Assembly (NCBI GenBank): GCA_030704615.1
Contig: CM060731.1
Location: forward strand, 74,152,001-74,216,000
Source: Takakia lepidozioides
Taxonomy: Eukaryota > Plantae > Bryophyta
Reading direction: 5' to 3'
DNA length: 64,000 nucleotides
Both the position numbers and the translations under genes were made by a program. Shown here piece after piece: positions 25,401 through 37,238 of this stretch. How positions within the stretch are numbered: the stretch's first letter is position 1; each line of letters begins with the position of its first letter. Under the pieces are notes generated by a model. The model was given only the letters and a program-made list of their open reading frames with translations, was not told where the DNA came from and did not search any database.

Positions 25401-26128
25401 TGTCGCGCACCTCACTTCGGTAAGCTCCCCTTCAAGTCATAGTTACTCGCTTTGATGCGCGCGCCTGACTCCCAACCTGGCCGCCGGGCCAACTTGGAGC
25501 TTCGGCTGCTCACCAGGACATAACGGTCCCCCTTCGCTCTCCCACTAAACCCTCCACCTATTTGGGCCTAGTGGAATTCCCTTTGGTAGATGGCAGTCCG
25601 GAACAACTCCCCACTCTTTGGTCGCTTTCCGGCTCGCTCGCTTACTCACTAGTTTTTGGTCACCAACGGGCTTGCACCATTCTCGGGGTCACTACCCCCC
25701 TTATATATACTTTTGTAGCTGTCCGCGGGGGTTTCACAACCAGCCATGCCATTTTATGGCGAACCACCACGAAAACCCTCGACTCCCGGTGATGAGTCGC
25801 GGTGAGTCTTGGCCCACTCACCACGGCCCCTATGGACCGTGATGAGTCCCAAGACTCCCCACGACTCCCACCACGAGGTCTCCGCCCCCATGGTGAGTCC
25901 TATGCCACCCCCACTAAGTCCCGCTAAGCTACCACCACCCCTTGTGGAGCCACCCCAACCGCAACCCGGTGTGCGAGGCTCCACCTAGTGAGCGCCTCCG
26001 CCTCCTTGAGTGCCTTGGGCACTCAATGGTGCTTCAGCCCCCCATACCTATCGCTGCCGCTGCCCCCACCACAGGGGCAGCCCCTCATGTGTCCCGACCC
26101 CCTGCCCTCAAGGCAAAGGGCCGCGACA
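25401..26128 (-). repeat. 5' LTR
   Basis: TGTCGCG...CGCGACA, followed by the TSD. Confidence 0.95.
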
Positions 26129-26604
26129 CCCACACTCTATCCTTGCTCCCTTCAGCTATCCATGCCTCGCACGAATCATGCATACAACCTTGCCTTGTTG
26201 CTAGCAGTTGACGATGACAGCCTAGACTTGTTCTAGGAAGCACCCAACTCAACTTATCACACTAGTTCCTACGCTCAATTGCATCTGCTACTCTCTATAA
26301 TCCAACAAACATTCACCTTCTTGCCTCGATTGTCCCACCATTGACTGGGGTCAGAAAAGTATTCATTCCACAACTTCTCCTCGTCTGTGTTACCTATTTC
26401 TGATACTTTCCTGTTGTCACATCGGCAGAATCATGTCAAAGTCACTCCAAACTATCAAAGCTTCACTCAACCAGCTAACTTGCAGAATTCAGACATGAAT
26501 AATTAGGGGCGATTCTGATAACAGGGGACAACAATGTGAAATTGAAGAAGGTACCTTCATTAGCAGTCATTACACTCTATCCTTCGCTCAGCCATATTGT
26601 TGAA

Positions 26605-26730
26605 CACTCCCTGTCCACAAGGGTATTGTTCAGAATGACATCTGCCACAATTCCATCTTTGACGATGCAACCATGGACCTCTTTGCCCTTCCCCAGCAGG
26701 CTCGCACATGCACTACAAACGCAAACAAAA
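26605..26730 (-). pseudogene. PLS-PPR fragment (duplicate at ~56925-57050 +)
   Basis: SFVCVCSACASLLGKGKEVHGCIVKDGIVADVILNNTLVD. Confidence 0.8.
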
Positions 26731-28499
26731 CTGGTTGTGGCAAACTGGGAGCAATATGTGTCAAAAGAAACCATTGATACAAATCTACAGCTTACATGCT
26801 GTCTCTATTCTCAAAATTGGCAGCACATCACCCATTGCTATGACATATATTGCCCTAGATACACATTGCCCTAACTGCCATCCCCCAAGATGCTACCCCC
26901 ACCAGATTTATCTCACTTGGGTCCTTGCAAGGCTGACTTCCAGCTTTGACTCTGTGCGTGGGGCCTATCGGACAACATACACCAGCAAGCCCTCCCCCTA
27001 TCCTGCATCAACTCATCTCAGTCTTATCAACTGCACAACGTGTGATGGGAGTGAGTGCAACATGGGAAAGAGCCACAACACATGATGAGCTGTAGGGAAG
27101 AAACAACATCGTGCAAGTAAAGCAAATGATGAAGCAGAAAGACGAGGCAACATGGGAGAAGGGAAAATGGGGTCCAAGGGCTGAGAAGGTCAACTAGTCA
27201 ACAATGAGGAACTGGCTCTGGAGCACTATGTTGATGATTAAAAGGAGCAACAAATACATGTGGGGCATCACAGCAAAGTGCATGCCAACGAGGGTCAAAA
27301 TGGTGCAAGAAAGACTCCACGGATGGTGGGCAGCCAAGGGAGATACAGTGATCAAGGCACTCATGGCAAAGGAGCTGCCAAGACAAAACAGTTGATTAAG
27401 CTACGGAGAAAAAGGAAAGCACAAGATCAACTACGAGGAAAAGTAGCAATTCAAGCATGGGAGCTGTTGCTAAAACATGAGGAGGAAGACATACGAGGTG
27501 AAGCATCAAGGGAACCAGTAGAAGATGAGGAAGATGGAGCACACTTTCTTGTCAAAGGTTGGCGGTCGAAGAATGCAACCTAGCAATCATAAAGTGAGGC
27601 ATCCGAGGCTGGACTGCTGCAAAGAGGTACAAAGACAGGAGCTGAGAATGAGATGTTGCCTTTCATTGAAGTTCCCCACACAAGGGCTGTTTGGCAAGCA
27701 AAACCTTAGGCAAGGATGAGAGGTGAATCTGGGATAAAACCAGCAGCTGGGAGTGAGGAAAGACACAAGGAAAGGCAGCAATACCTTGTCAAATCTGAGG
27801 GTGATGGCTGGAGAAAATTAAACAAGGACCGGAAGTATGGGAGCAGCAATCGCATGAAGAAAAATCTGCCTGAGAGGCTGAAGAGTGAAAGGGAGGAAGA
27901 TAGGCACCTCGCTTATGAAAAGTGGAAGGGCAGGGTAGAAAACCTGATGCCTGAAATTGATGGGAGCTCGTGGGAGACTCTGCCAAGAAGACTCCAATCA
28001 GCTGTTGCCAACAATCGGACTAGTGAAAGATCGCCCTTGGCTGGCGCAACACCACGAAATAAATGCAGCCCTGATAGCATGGTGAGTGGGGCACCAACAG
28101 AGCCAGAAAATGAGGGAGAAGAAGGAGACTTCCCTGCCAAGAAAGGCAATGACGGGCCTGCAGTGGCATGCAAGGAAAGGGACACCGTAAGTGTTGCCAA
28201 CAGATGCAAATCAGTGCTCATTCATTCGAAAGCACCACGGGAGATGAAGGAAAAAACACCTGCAAGGACGTTGAAGCATAAAAGAGGAGAGCACTTCACT
28301 TGGGAAGAAAGTGAAGCATTGGAGAACGAGGCTGATGACTGGCAGTCTGAAAAGGAAAGGCGGTTGTGGGAAACCCTGCCAAGACAACCATATGGAGAGA
28401 ATCAAGCAGGTGGGAACTGCCCTTCATTGGGGTGGTGCAAACAAGAGCAAGACCAGAAGCTGAACCACATGAGAAGATAGATACCACAGAGAGAGAGAC

Positions 28500-30830
28500 A
28501 CTATAGAAACGAAAGAGAGAGAAATGAAATGAAATGAAATGGTACTTTATAACCTCCGGGGAAATCTCAAAGAGCTTATGGTACAAAAGGGAGAAACCAG
28601 AAAGAAGAGACAAAATCACAGCCAAAAGCAGCCCAGAAGCCAAGAGAGAGAGAGTATGTGCGCACTTGAATTGCAGAACACTTGCCTCGAAACGACGGCT
28701 TTGTGCGAGCAATTCTCCACTGTGACGCAGACACATAGCTTGACATAACGAGAGAGAGAGACCAGGAAGCAATAGACTCACAGGTAAGGTCATGGAAGAG
28801 AGCTCTCAACATTAGCCAGCAAGCTAGCCTACAAAGAAAGGGATGTAGGATATGGATGCTTACAGTTACCCATGGAAACCAGGAGACACCCATTGGGAGC
28901 GGAAATGCAGGTGCATCTATTAAAAAATTCAGAAGTTTTGCCGTTGCAATTTGAATGCAAGAAATTTTTAGGAGATGTAGTATGTACAACCCCATGCCAA
29001 TGTGATTTAGCTGCACGGTGAAATGGAGTGGGCTGAACAGATGAAAGTGAATTGATCTTCGACTTCGACCTCTGCACTGGATGAAATTGAACTGGAGCCT
29101 TTTCACTTGATCTGATAGACCTCTGGATTGTCTACTGATGAACTCGATGAGTGTGTTTGCCAATGTGTCGCAAAATCCCTTCCAGCCTTCCAGCGCTTTG
29201 CAAGGCAAGACAGGGGACAATGAGATGGAACTGTGGGAGCATCAGCAGCCAAACCCTGGAAGCAAAGACAAAGAATACATTGTGGAGTCTGTATGGAGCC
29301 TGTATGTTCATTTAAAAAGGACTAAAGTGCTCAGAGAACCAACAAACTAACATACTGGCACTTGTTTGCCAAAAACCATAACAGAACACTTCCTACTCCA
29401 CAGTGTCAGGGTGAGTTGGCTGCTTTTTGCAGCCAACGAGATTGGGGAGTAGGTTATAACTATTGACACATGTGCAAGATATAGTGTTGAAATTGCCCTG
29501 AAGGCATGGCCTGGGTTTCATCCCCTTCATCAAAGATACTATTGAAACCCATGGATAATACTTCAAGATACAGACCATCAGAGCAAGCTGCCACGCCACT
29601 GATTTCCTCTAAAGAGCTTGATTTCTTAGTCTGCTAAGACTACTGTAGAAGCAGGTCTTATCAGGAGCAAACTTGGGCGCAAAGGGGGAGTTACGGAGGA
29701 CAATGGTTGTTACGGTACGAATTCTCAGTTCTGATGTCACTAGGAGTTATGGAGGCTGCTGCTTCAGGTGATCCCAGAAGGCCTTCCAGGACAAACCACT
29801 CTGAGCAAACTAGAATCTAGACAAAAAAAAGTTTGGAGAAACAGAGCGAATTTCAAGACCGGGGTGCACTTACCACCCAAAACATGCAACGAAGGGATAA
29901 TTGGCATCCTTGTAAATATGATGCCTGGGGTGAACAGCATTGATGGAGTTCACATCCCACATTCCGCATGACTGGTATATATAAGCAAACCTTGCTACTG
30001 GAGGGAAATTGCTTCAGTAGTTCGACCTACGATCTTCCCCATTTGTGGACCATGAAAGAGGAAACAGCCAGAGAGAAAGATGACTACTGATGTATCTGTG
30101 CTTCTTGGAGTCTTGCCACAGATCACAAACGCTCATTGATAGGACATTGATGGGTGTGTTCACTGTAGGAATGTGCCTCCAATAGAGAGACCTACCCTTT
30201 TTAATACAGATTCTGGCCTGCCGAAATTTCTCAAGAAAACTCTTTAAAACAACATTGAGGAGAAGAGGAAGAAATGAGATTCATCATGTCCACACAGGAA
30301 CTACATGGCACATATTGGAACTACAAGAGAAAACGAAGAGAAGAGAATTGGGCAATATGTTCATGGGGCAAAGAGAAATAAGAATGAAAGAAATTTGTTA
30401 CCTCTTATGGGGCCTTAGGGACCATGGGCAAAGTAAAGGTACAAGGGCAAACTAGAAGCACCATGGACCCAAAACGGGTGAAGGAAAGAAAGAAAGAGAA
30501 ATGAAATGAAATGAAATGAAATGGTGCTTTATAACGTCCGCGGAAAGCTCATAGAGCTTATGGGACAACATGGAAAGAAAAACATGAGAGAAAACAGGAA
30601 GCCAGAGAAATAAGAACTAATGTTCTAGTGATTGTCTAAGGGTGAATGCCTCGTGCAGGTAGGCTGCCAAACATTTGTGAAAAAGAGAGAAACCTTGTTG
30701 AGTCCATCATGAACCCCACCCAGGGCCACGGGACCAATACAGTAAGAAAGAGAAAGAGATGTTTTGTATTACATCCACAGGAGAGCCAAAGGGCCCAAGG
30801 GATACAAGTACAAAAACACTGGAACCTGAT
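28500..30830. mobile_element. Nested degenerate retroposon-like repeats with (ATTTC)n tails
   Basis: Homologous to 1-830 and 33080-33600; shared 3' end ...ATAAGCTCT(T/A)TGAG..TTTCC..GTTATAAAG(T/C)ACC(ATTTC)n. Confidence 0.55.
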
Positions 30831-31124
30831 CCACAATTGAAATTTGCTTTTCGTTTTCTAGTCCAACCAAACTTAGTCCGATTCGCTCCTCTCCGCTTCT
30901 CCATTTCCTTTTTCTCTGCTAAAACATGAGATGGCAGATCAAAAGCAGCAGCATCATATATGCAGAATCCAAATCGTTTTTCTAATATAGACAAACGTTG
31001 CTATGAGTAACACCAGTTGCATTACATTCTGACATGTACATGAAAATATATCAAGTCTTCCTGTGCACTTCAAGCATGCTGACATATATGGTCGACATTG
31101 TGACTCAGTGTTGGGTAAAATATA

Positions 31125-32444
31125 TCAAAGTTGATGCAGCTGCATCTGATCTCGTTCTAAATCTGAACATTGCAGTTGGTGATGGACATTGGTGATGGCC
31201 CTGAGCTCTGGGAAAACTGAGTCGGGGTGCCGGTAGCGCTTGTTCAGGCTGCTCCAGTGAATGTTGCCAGACAGAAGCTCCTTCACACCTTCCACGTAGC
31301 GGCGCACAGCAAAGGCGCCAGGTTCCGCGTCCAACACGGCCAACTGCGTCTCCAGCTCCAAGACGAGGCGAGTGTAGGAGTTCGTCAAGTCGACGGCTCT
31401 CCACGCAGCTTGGGGTAGCAGTGTGCCTTCAGATTCCATCAACACCTTGATTAGATTGCGCGGATTGTCTTCCTCCTGCATCTCCTTGGGGTAGGAGAAA
31501 ATATCGTTGACGAAAGCGGCCTGAATGACGGCCGCATTGGTCAGCTGTTGCATCATGCTTTGCGCACGAATCTCGTCTGGAAGAAAGGCGTTCTTGCCCA
31601 ACTCCACGAGATTCAGACTAAACAAGCCTCCAGAGTTCCAGGCGCGCATTTGGGTGAAAGTCTCCAAGTCTTCTTGCAAATTATATTTAAAGCGGTCGCC
31701 TAGAACGTCGACATGGCTGGCAAGGGTGACTCTGTGGTGCTCGCGGAGAGAGTCTGCAAAATTATTGAACCATCCCGGGGTGGACATGCGTCTCAAATCC
31801 TGACCCGATTCCCACATCATCCCCTCGATCGGGGTGGGATCGCACGGAGGCTCTTGTTGCATGAAGAGGAGGTCCAAGTTGGGGAGGAACTCTCCGATTT
31901 TGTGAGGGCTCTCACGGATGCTGCGATCAATGCCATACTCCTCGAGGCACAAGTCGTTTGGCGAATCAAAGAGAAGATCATCCAACATGAACCCCGGGGC
32001 GAACACCATAGAGATGGCTACAAGACGATCACAACTGACGGTTCCGCTGAACAGAACGCTGGAAAACGAGACGGCTAGACGACAATACACTTCAAACGAC
32101 TTGACCTGCCAGTGCCGTGCAATTTTTAGAAGGCGTTCCTCGGCTTCAACATGAAACATGCTCTGCTGTCGAGGTGGGAGGCCGCTGATGATCAAGGAAG
32201 AGACGAGAGGTGGAAGCTGGATCTCATCGTTCGTGGGATTCTTAACTGCTAGATGTTCAGATTGGTGCAGTTCTAGCCTGCTAGCTGTGCATCGTACCAG
32301 AAGGGAATTAGACCAGTATTTGACAGGCGAAGAGAAGAATGGGCGCTTCTGAAATGCAGAAGTTGTAGGGAGGGAGCGAGGGAAGAAGGTAGGGCGACCA
32401 CTTCGGCAATGAAGTGACAGGCCATTGTGGAGCTGAAGAACCAT
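31125..32444 (-). CDS. MTPSL: Microbial terpene synthase-like protein, copy 1 (439 aa, intronless)
   Basis: LDDLLFD (DDxxxD), RAWNSGG, NDIFSYPKE (NSE/DTE), WSSLNKRY (WxxxxxRY); alpha-domain only; Ser/Arg-rich N-terminus ending VRCTA. Confidence 0.92.
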   Translation of the reverse strand: MVLQLHNGLSLHCRSGRPTFFPRSLPTTSAFQKRPFFSSPVKYWSNSLLVRCTASRLELHQSEHLAVKNPTNDEIQLPPLVSSLIISGLPPRQQSMFHVEAEERLLKIARHWQVKSFEVYCRLAVSFSSVLFSGTVSCDRLVAISMVFAPGFMLDDLLFDSPNDLCLEEYGIDRSIRESPHKIGEFLPNLDLLFMQQEPPCDPTPIEGMMWESGQDLRRMSTPGWFNNFADSLREHHRVTLASHVDVLGDRFKYNLQEDLETFTQMRAWNSGGLFSLNLVELGKNAFLPDEIRAQSMMQQLTNAAVIQAAFVNDIFSYPKEMQEEDNPRNLIKVLMESEGTLLPQAAWRAVDLTNSYTRLVLELETQLAVLDAEPGAFAVRRYVEGVKELLSGNIHWSSLNKRYRHPDSVFPELRAITNVHHQLQCSDLERDQMQLHQL

Positions 32445-32653
32445 TCTGCAGTCCTCCCTGCAGCTAGTACAGTTAGAGAAGAAACTAGGTAGAATGCGCG
32501 CGGGCAGCAGAGCGTTGAAGAGGGAAGCCTTGACTTGGAGCTCTCGATGGGCTCGGACCTTGTATGTACTCTTAAGTACTTCTTACCGCCGTGATCGCTC
32601 TCCGGTGTCACCACGCTTCGTGTCACTCTCGAGAAGGTTTGACAGGCCTGAAC

Positions 32654-32730
32654 CCAGTGGTTGGGTGTTTGTGCCTTGCCTGTGCATAACCTAGGTGTGA
32701 TCCTGGGTTCAATCCTTCAACATGTGCCTT
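32654..32730 (+). mobile_element. tRNA-derived SINE-like head upstream of MTPSL (copies at ~38590-38668 and ~50340-50410, rc)
   Basis: CCCAGTGG A-box remnant (TAGCCCAGTGG in the 50400 copy) and GGTTCAATCC B-box. Confidence 0.5.
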
Positions 32731-33079
32731 CAGAGGTGATAGCTGGTACACCTGTTTCCTTATAAGGCTGCTGCTCGTTCAGTAGACAATAGTCATAATG
32801 CTCAACGCAATTTGGTATATTCGCTCTTATACCATGAATTGAGCCAAGCACTCTTGCATCTTCATTCTATATCAAAGAATGCTCTAACTCACTCTAACAT
32901 AGCAGCGGGAAGAAGAGATAGATAACTAGAAGCATTGCTAAATGTACAGATGTAATCTGGTGAAGCGGGTCTTTGACAACCGCCATTGCCAGCTCACTCT
33001 AGATTCAAACAGGTCATTCCAATTGATCGTCCACATATCACGACAAATGTCCACAGGTCGATCGATCTATATTTTCAAT

Positions 33080-34050
33080 AATCCAGCGCAGAGGTCGAAG
33101 TCAAACATCAATTCACTTTCATCTGTTCAGCCCACTCCATTTCACAGTGCAGCTAAACCACATTGGCATTGGGTTGTACATACTATATCTCCTGAAAATT
33201 TCTTGCTACATCCCTTTCTTTGTATGCTAGCTTGCTGGCTAATGTTGAGAGCTCTCTTCCATGACCCTACCTTGAGTCTCTTGCTTCCTGGTCTCTCTCT
33301 CGTTATGTCCAGCTTGCTTTCCTTTACCTTTCTTTCTTCTCGACCACAGCTTTCTTTTCAGGTTGAGTTTCATACAATCTGGTGGGATGAACCCCGACTG
33401 GCTCTTGGAGGTTATTAGCTTGTGGAGACCCCACCCTCTAATGATATAGTCATGCGCACATACTATCTCTCTCTTGGCTTCTGGGCTGCTTTTGGGTGTG
33501 GTTTTGTCTCTTCTTTCTGGCTTCTCCCTTTTGTCTCATAAGCTCTTTGAGATTTCCACGGACGTTATAAAGTACCATTCCATTTCATTTCATTTCTCTT
33601 TCGTTTCTATAGTGTCTCTCTATCTCTTACAGCCCAATTGCTTGTCTACGCCACTCTCTCCATCTCTTCTATGGGCATTGGAAAGGTTCAGGTTGGGATC
33701 CCAGCCTGAGGATGGAAACTGGTAGATGATGGGTTAATCTGCAGTGTTTGCTTGTACCCAGCTTGTGCCAGGGAAGACAGCAGGGGATTGGGGCTGAGGA
33801 ACATTTCTTCTTCCACTATCCACTCTAATATGAAATCAGGGCCTGCTACTACAACCTGTTAAGAGACAGCCAATCCCTTACATTGGTCTTTGTTTCATCA
33901 TGAGGATCAGTTATACCTGGCTGCATATCTCTCTCAACCTTTGGGAATCTCCTGATTCCGAACAGTGGTTTTTCAGCTGCTTGTAGAGGGCCCCCGACTT
34001 TCTTGTTTCCTGCTTTTTTTTATCCAAAAAGCTTTCCAGCTGCCTGTGCA
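33080..34050 (+). mobile_element. LINE relic, same family as 550-1400
   Basis: RFRLGS..ETGR..EEHFFF region at ~33680-33850 and an (ATTTC)n tail at ~33575-33596. Confidence 0.65.
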
Positions 34051-34149
34051 CACTATGAAGCAGAGGGATCAACTCTGAAGTAAACAAAACCATTTGCCGC
34101 ATTGTTAGGCATACCTTGGAGCACGAATCTGCAGTGTGGGTTGATAAGC

Positions 34150-34770
34150 AGGCTGTTTCTAGAATCCATTCACGTGGGGTTGCTCATCAGCAGCATTATG
34201 TTAGAGATTATTGACTGACAGTATATATATATATTTAAAAATAAATAAAACAGGGGGACAGGCGCCCTGGAAAATATATTAAGAAAAGTAGAAAAAATAA
34301 CCAACTCAGGGGCCATGAAGGCTTAGAGCGGGGATACCACCTCGTGACCCAGAACCGATGAACAAAAGTGATTGTTTTTGCAAAGAAAGCAGAGCTGCAG
34401 AGTAAGCAGGCGGCCAATGTGCTGCCAAAGTGCCAGAGTAGTAGTGAAGTAAGTATCTTATGCTGCACTACCAGGGGGGAGGGAACAGGAGGAGGAGATG
34501 TGTTGAGAGGCAGAAAACTGGAAGGAGCAGTGTCAGAACAATGTCCAGCAGTGGCCATCTACGAAATGCAGGAACACTAAAACTTAAGCTGCGCGTTTAA
34601 CTTATAATCTCTTGCACGTCTGTGGCGCCGAGGACGCCTGCAGCCGGGGATTTCCCATTGAGGGGGAACGGAGTCTTTCCATATTGTCAATAATTGTCAA
34701 TATAATACGCCAAGTAATAGAAAAGGCCCGGGGGAGTTGAATGCGCCCGGACCGGTAAGCGTACGTGACC
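34150..34770 (+). repeat. Dispersed repeat family B
   Basis: Recurs at ~48310-48770 (resuming ~49873) and ~61580-62220. Confidence 0.8.
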
Positions 34771-34774
34771 CGAG

Positions 34775-35945
34775 TTGAATGCCAACCCAGCCCCACCGCA
34801 GGGGGAGGAATTGCAATGGGCCTTGCACTCCAGTTTCACTTGGTTTCTACGCTACCCATTGGCTGCTTTACAGTTCGACCCCGGGGAATGGAGCTGGAAG
34901 GATGAGCACCACTCCCCTTTCTTTGCTTATTCGGTGAAGTTAGGTCACTCGTTGTTGAGACCCATAACAATATGGAAAAAACAAAGGGCTGCCAAAATCT
35001 CAGGCTTTTTGTGGAAGTTGGCTCATAGAATCTTGCTTGTCAATGCCAAGACCTTATTCAACAATGCTACTTGCGGTTTGTGCATGTCACACCCTGAGTC
35101 CATCGAGCACTGCCTAGTAGACTGCCCCTTCCCTTCTAGAGTTTGGAGAGCTGTGTTACACTTTTACTCATGTTGGGAGTCTTTTCCATCCCCAGCCCCC
35201 TCCTCTCTTCTGCTCTTGAATTTCTTGCCTGCTCACGTGCCATCTGTTTGCCCTGAATGGGCAAGTCTAAGAGCTTTAACCTTATGGAACCTCTGGAAGG
35301 TTAGATGTGCTCTTGTTTTTTAAGGGAGAGCCCCCAGGGGCAGGTCTGTGCTTTTTTGCATTTATCAAGACCTGCTTACTGAGGGAAGGAAGGCTTGGGA
35401 TACGTTGTGTGCAGCTGTTTCCAGATCTTCAGAACAACGTGGCAGGCAGCTCATCAATAGCTTTCAACAGTCCTGGGGTAAAAACGACATTCTCGGAACC
35501 TGTCTTCCCAACATGCAGTACTACAGGAAAGTCTCTACTCCCAATTCATGGGATATCCCCTAGTGATGGGGACGATGTGGACTTCAACTGGAGGCACAAG
35601 AAGCCTCGAGTTGCCAAGTCTGGGACTCAGCTGCGTTTTTAGCACGTAGCTCAAGAATCTTTTCTCAAACTTCTCCCTGCTCCAGACTTGGGTACTACTT
35701 ACCAAGCAACTGTTCTCAGTGTTATCGGTGCTTATCAGCCTTGCTCTTTAGGCTCACTTGCTTTATCTCTCCTCATGCACTAGCTTCACTCATCTTTTTC
35801 CAGCTCCTCCGCTTCATTTGCTCTTAGCTAGTATGCTTGGTCATGGGGAAGTTCCCCCTCAATGAGCCTCTACGGCCTCCCTGGTGGTTATTTCTTCCAC
35901 CTTAATGTGAACCTTTGTTTCATTTAATTTGATTAAAAAGGGCCC
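34775..35945 (+). mobile_element. 5'-truncated L1-type LINE (ORF2 C-terminus and 3' UTR)
   Basis: zf-RVT signature KISGFLWKLAHRILLV..CGLC...ESIEHCLVDCP..RVW...LWNLWKVRC; internally deleted inverted copy at ~63460-64000. Confidence 0.85.
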
Positions 35946-35969
35946 CTGCTCCCCCTTTATATATATATA

Positions 35970-36975
35970 TATACAAGTTTAAATGCTCATCTTGCATAGT
36001 CGTACATGAGGAATTAATGGTCATGCATGGAAATACATCAGTTGTCTTCAGACAGAAGTCTTGCATGGACACACATCACATCGTATGTTTGTATGTATGT
36101 ATGACAATGCAACTGATTTCTTATGTGTGACTGTGCATGAAAATAATACCAGATGTCATGTATGCCATGTATGACACATGTAATTTTATTTTTCAAGTAA
36201 TAAGAATAAAAGAATTCTATTAGTAGAGATATTAAGACTCATACTCATCATCTCATTCATTGTTATATGAACCCAAGACATCATGACTTGTATGCATAGA
36301 AATAGAGTTTTAATAATGCATGAAAATACATGACAAGTTTGATGCATTGTCATACATATGCCACAAGAAATGTGCATGAATGAGACATGACATCATGTAT
36401 GTACGACTATGCTAATAGATATGACAATGCTTCCAAATCATGTATGACTTTGCAACGATTGAAAATAAAAAGAATGATATTAGTATAGATATGAAGATTC
36501 ATAGTCACCATCTCATCCATTGTAAATTGAACCCGTGAGTTCACAATTTTTATGCATAGAGATAAAGTATTAATACTGCATGGAAATACATGGTTTGAAG
36601 TATGATATATTTGTCATACCTAATTATAATATATACCATTCAAGACTTGTGCATGAAGACAATTCATGTATTCATGCTTGACCATATATTTTCTCCTGTA
36701 TGACTATTTTTGAAGTTGGTCATCCAAGTATAGTCACCATGTAACTACTTTTGCAGGGACTTAGAATTTTTCCGAAGTAGCAAAATTACAAGGATTGGGA
36801 GCTTATCCGGGAACATGCATGTCCATATATTTCTCATGTATTTGCGAGATTTGACAATATCTCAACATGAGACCAGGCCCACAACCCTATATTTCTCATG
36901 TATTTCCATACATGTATGACTATGCATGAAGATGGGCATCCACCCAGGACTTCGAAATTTTTTGAAGTAGCAGCG
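35970..36975. repeat. AT-rich, CATG/TATG-saturated repeat with an internal ~260-bp tandem duplication (inverted copy ~62445-63445)
   Basis: 36205-36340 resembles 36464-36592; very dense CATG/ATGCAT. Confidence 0.6.
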
Positions 36976-36989
36976 CAAAAACCTCAGTT

Positions 36990-37068
36990 GCAGAACTGTT
37001 GAATTTCGAACCTGGATCATCGGTTATTAGGTGAGAGAGTTCGCACCACTGAGCTGCATGCTGCTACA
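36990..37068 (-). mobile_element. tRNA-derived SINE-like head (copy ~62348-62428 +)
   Basis: GCAGCTCAGTGG A-box and GGTTCGAAATT B-box. Confidence 0.5.
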
Positions 37069-37238
37069 TTGGAAAACTGTTCCGAATTTAATGTTAGTTA
37101 TACAGAAAAAGGGACTCTAGACTGCGTGCTACCAAGACATGGGCGTCGTCGTGGTGACCGCGCGGATCTGAGGCGCCAGACTAAGAGGGGCACGGGCCTT
37201 TTCTATTTCGTGGCATATAATACTGTCAATAATGAAAT

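Larger units (their letters stand above)
19185..26128 (-). mobile_element. Full-length Ty3/Gypsy chromovirus LTR retrotransposon (Galadriel-like), non-autonomous through frameshifts
   Basis: TG...CA LTRs, 5-bp TSD CCCAC (19180-19184 and 26129-26133), tRNA-Met PBS, domain order gag-PR-RT-RH-INT-chromodomain. Confidence 0.97.
15912..32575. repeat. Segmental duplication, left arm (inverted copy at ~51158-61019)
   Basis: Colinear reverse-complement near-identity, including the PPR fragments, the LTR insertion site, the 254-aa ORF and the MTPSL gene. Confidence 0.95.

Noticed and set aside
27716-28480. 254-aa ORF open in both duplication arms (also 55174-55938)
   Set aside because: No recognisable domain, charged low-complexity sequence inside repeat DNA; retention is expected from a recent duplication and does not show selection
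31125-32444. Bacterial contamination or a recent HGT island explaining the intronless synthases
   Set aside because: The genes are flanked by plant retroelements and spliced plant genes and carry a transit-peptide-like leader; MTPSLs are an established non-seed-plant family
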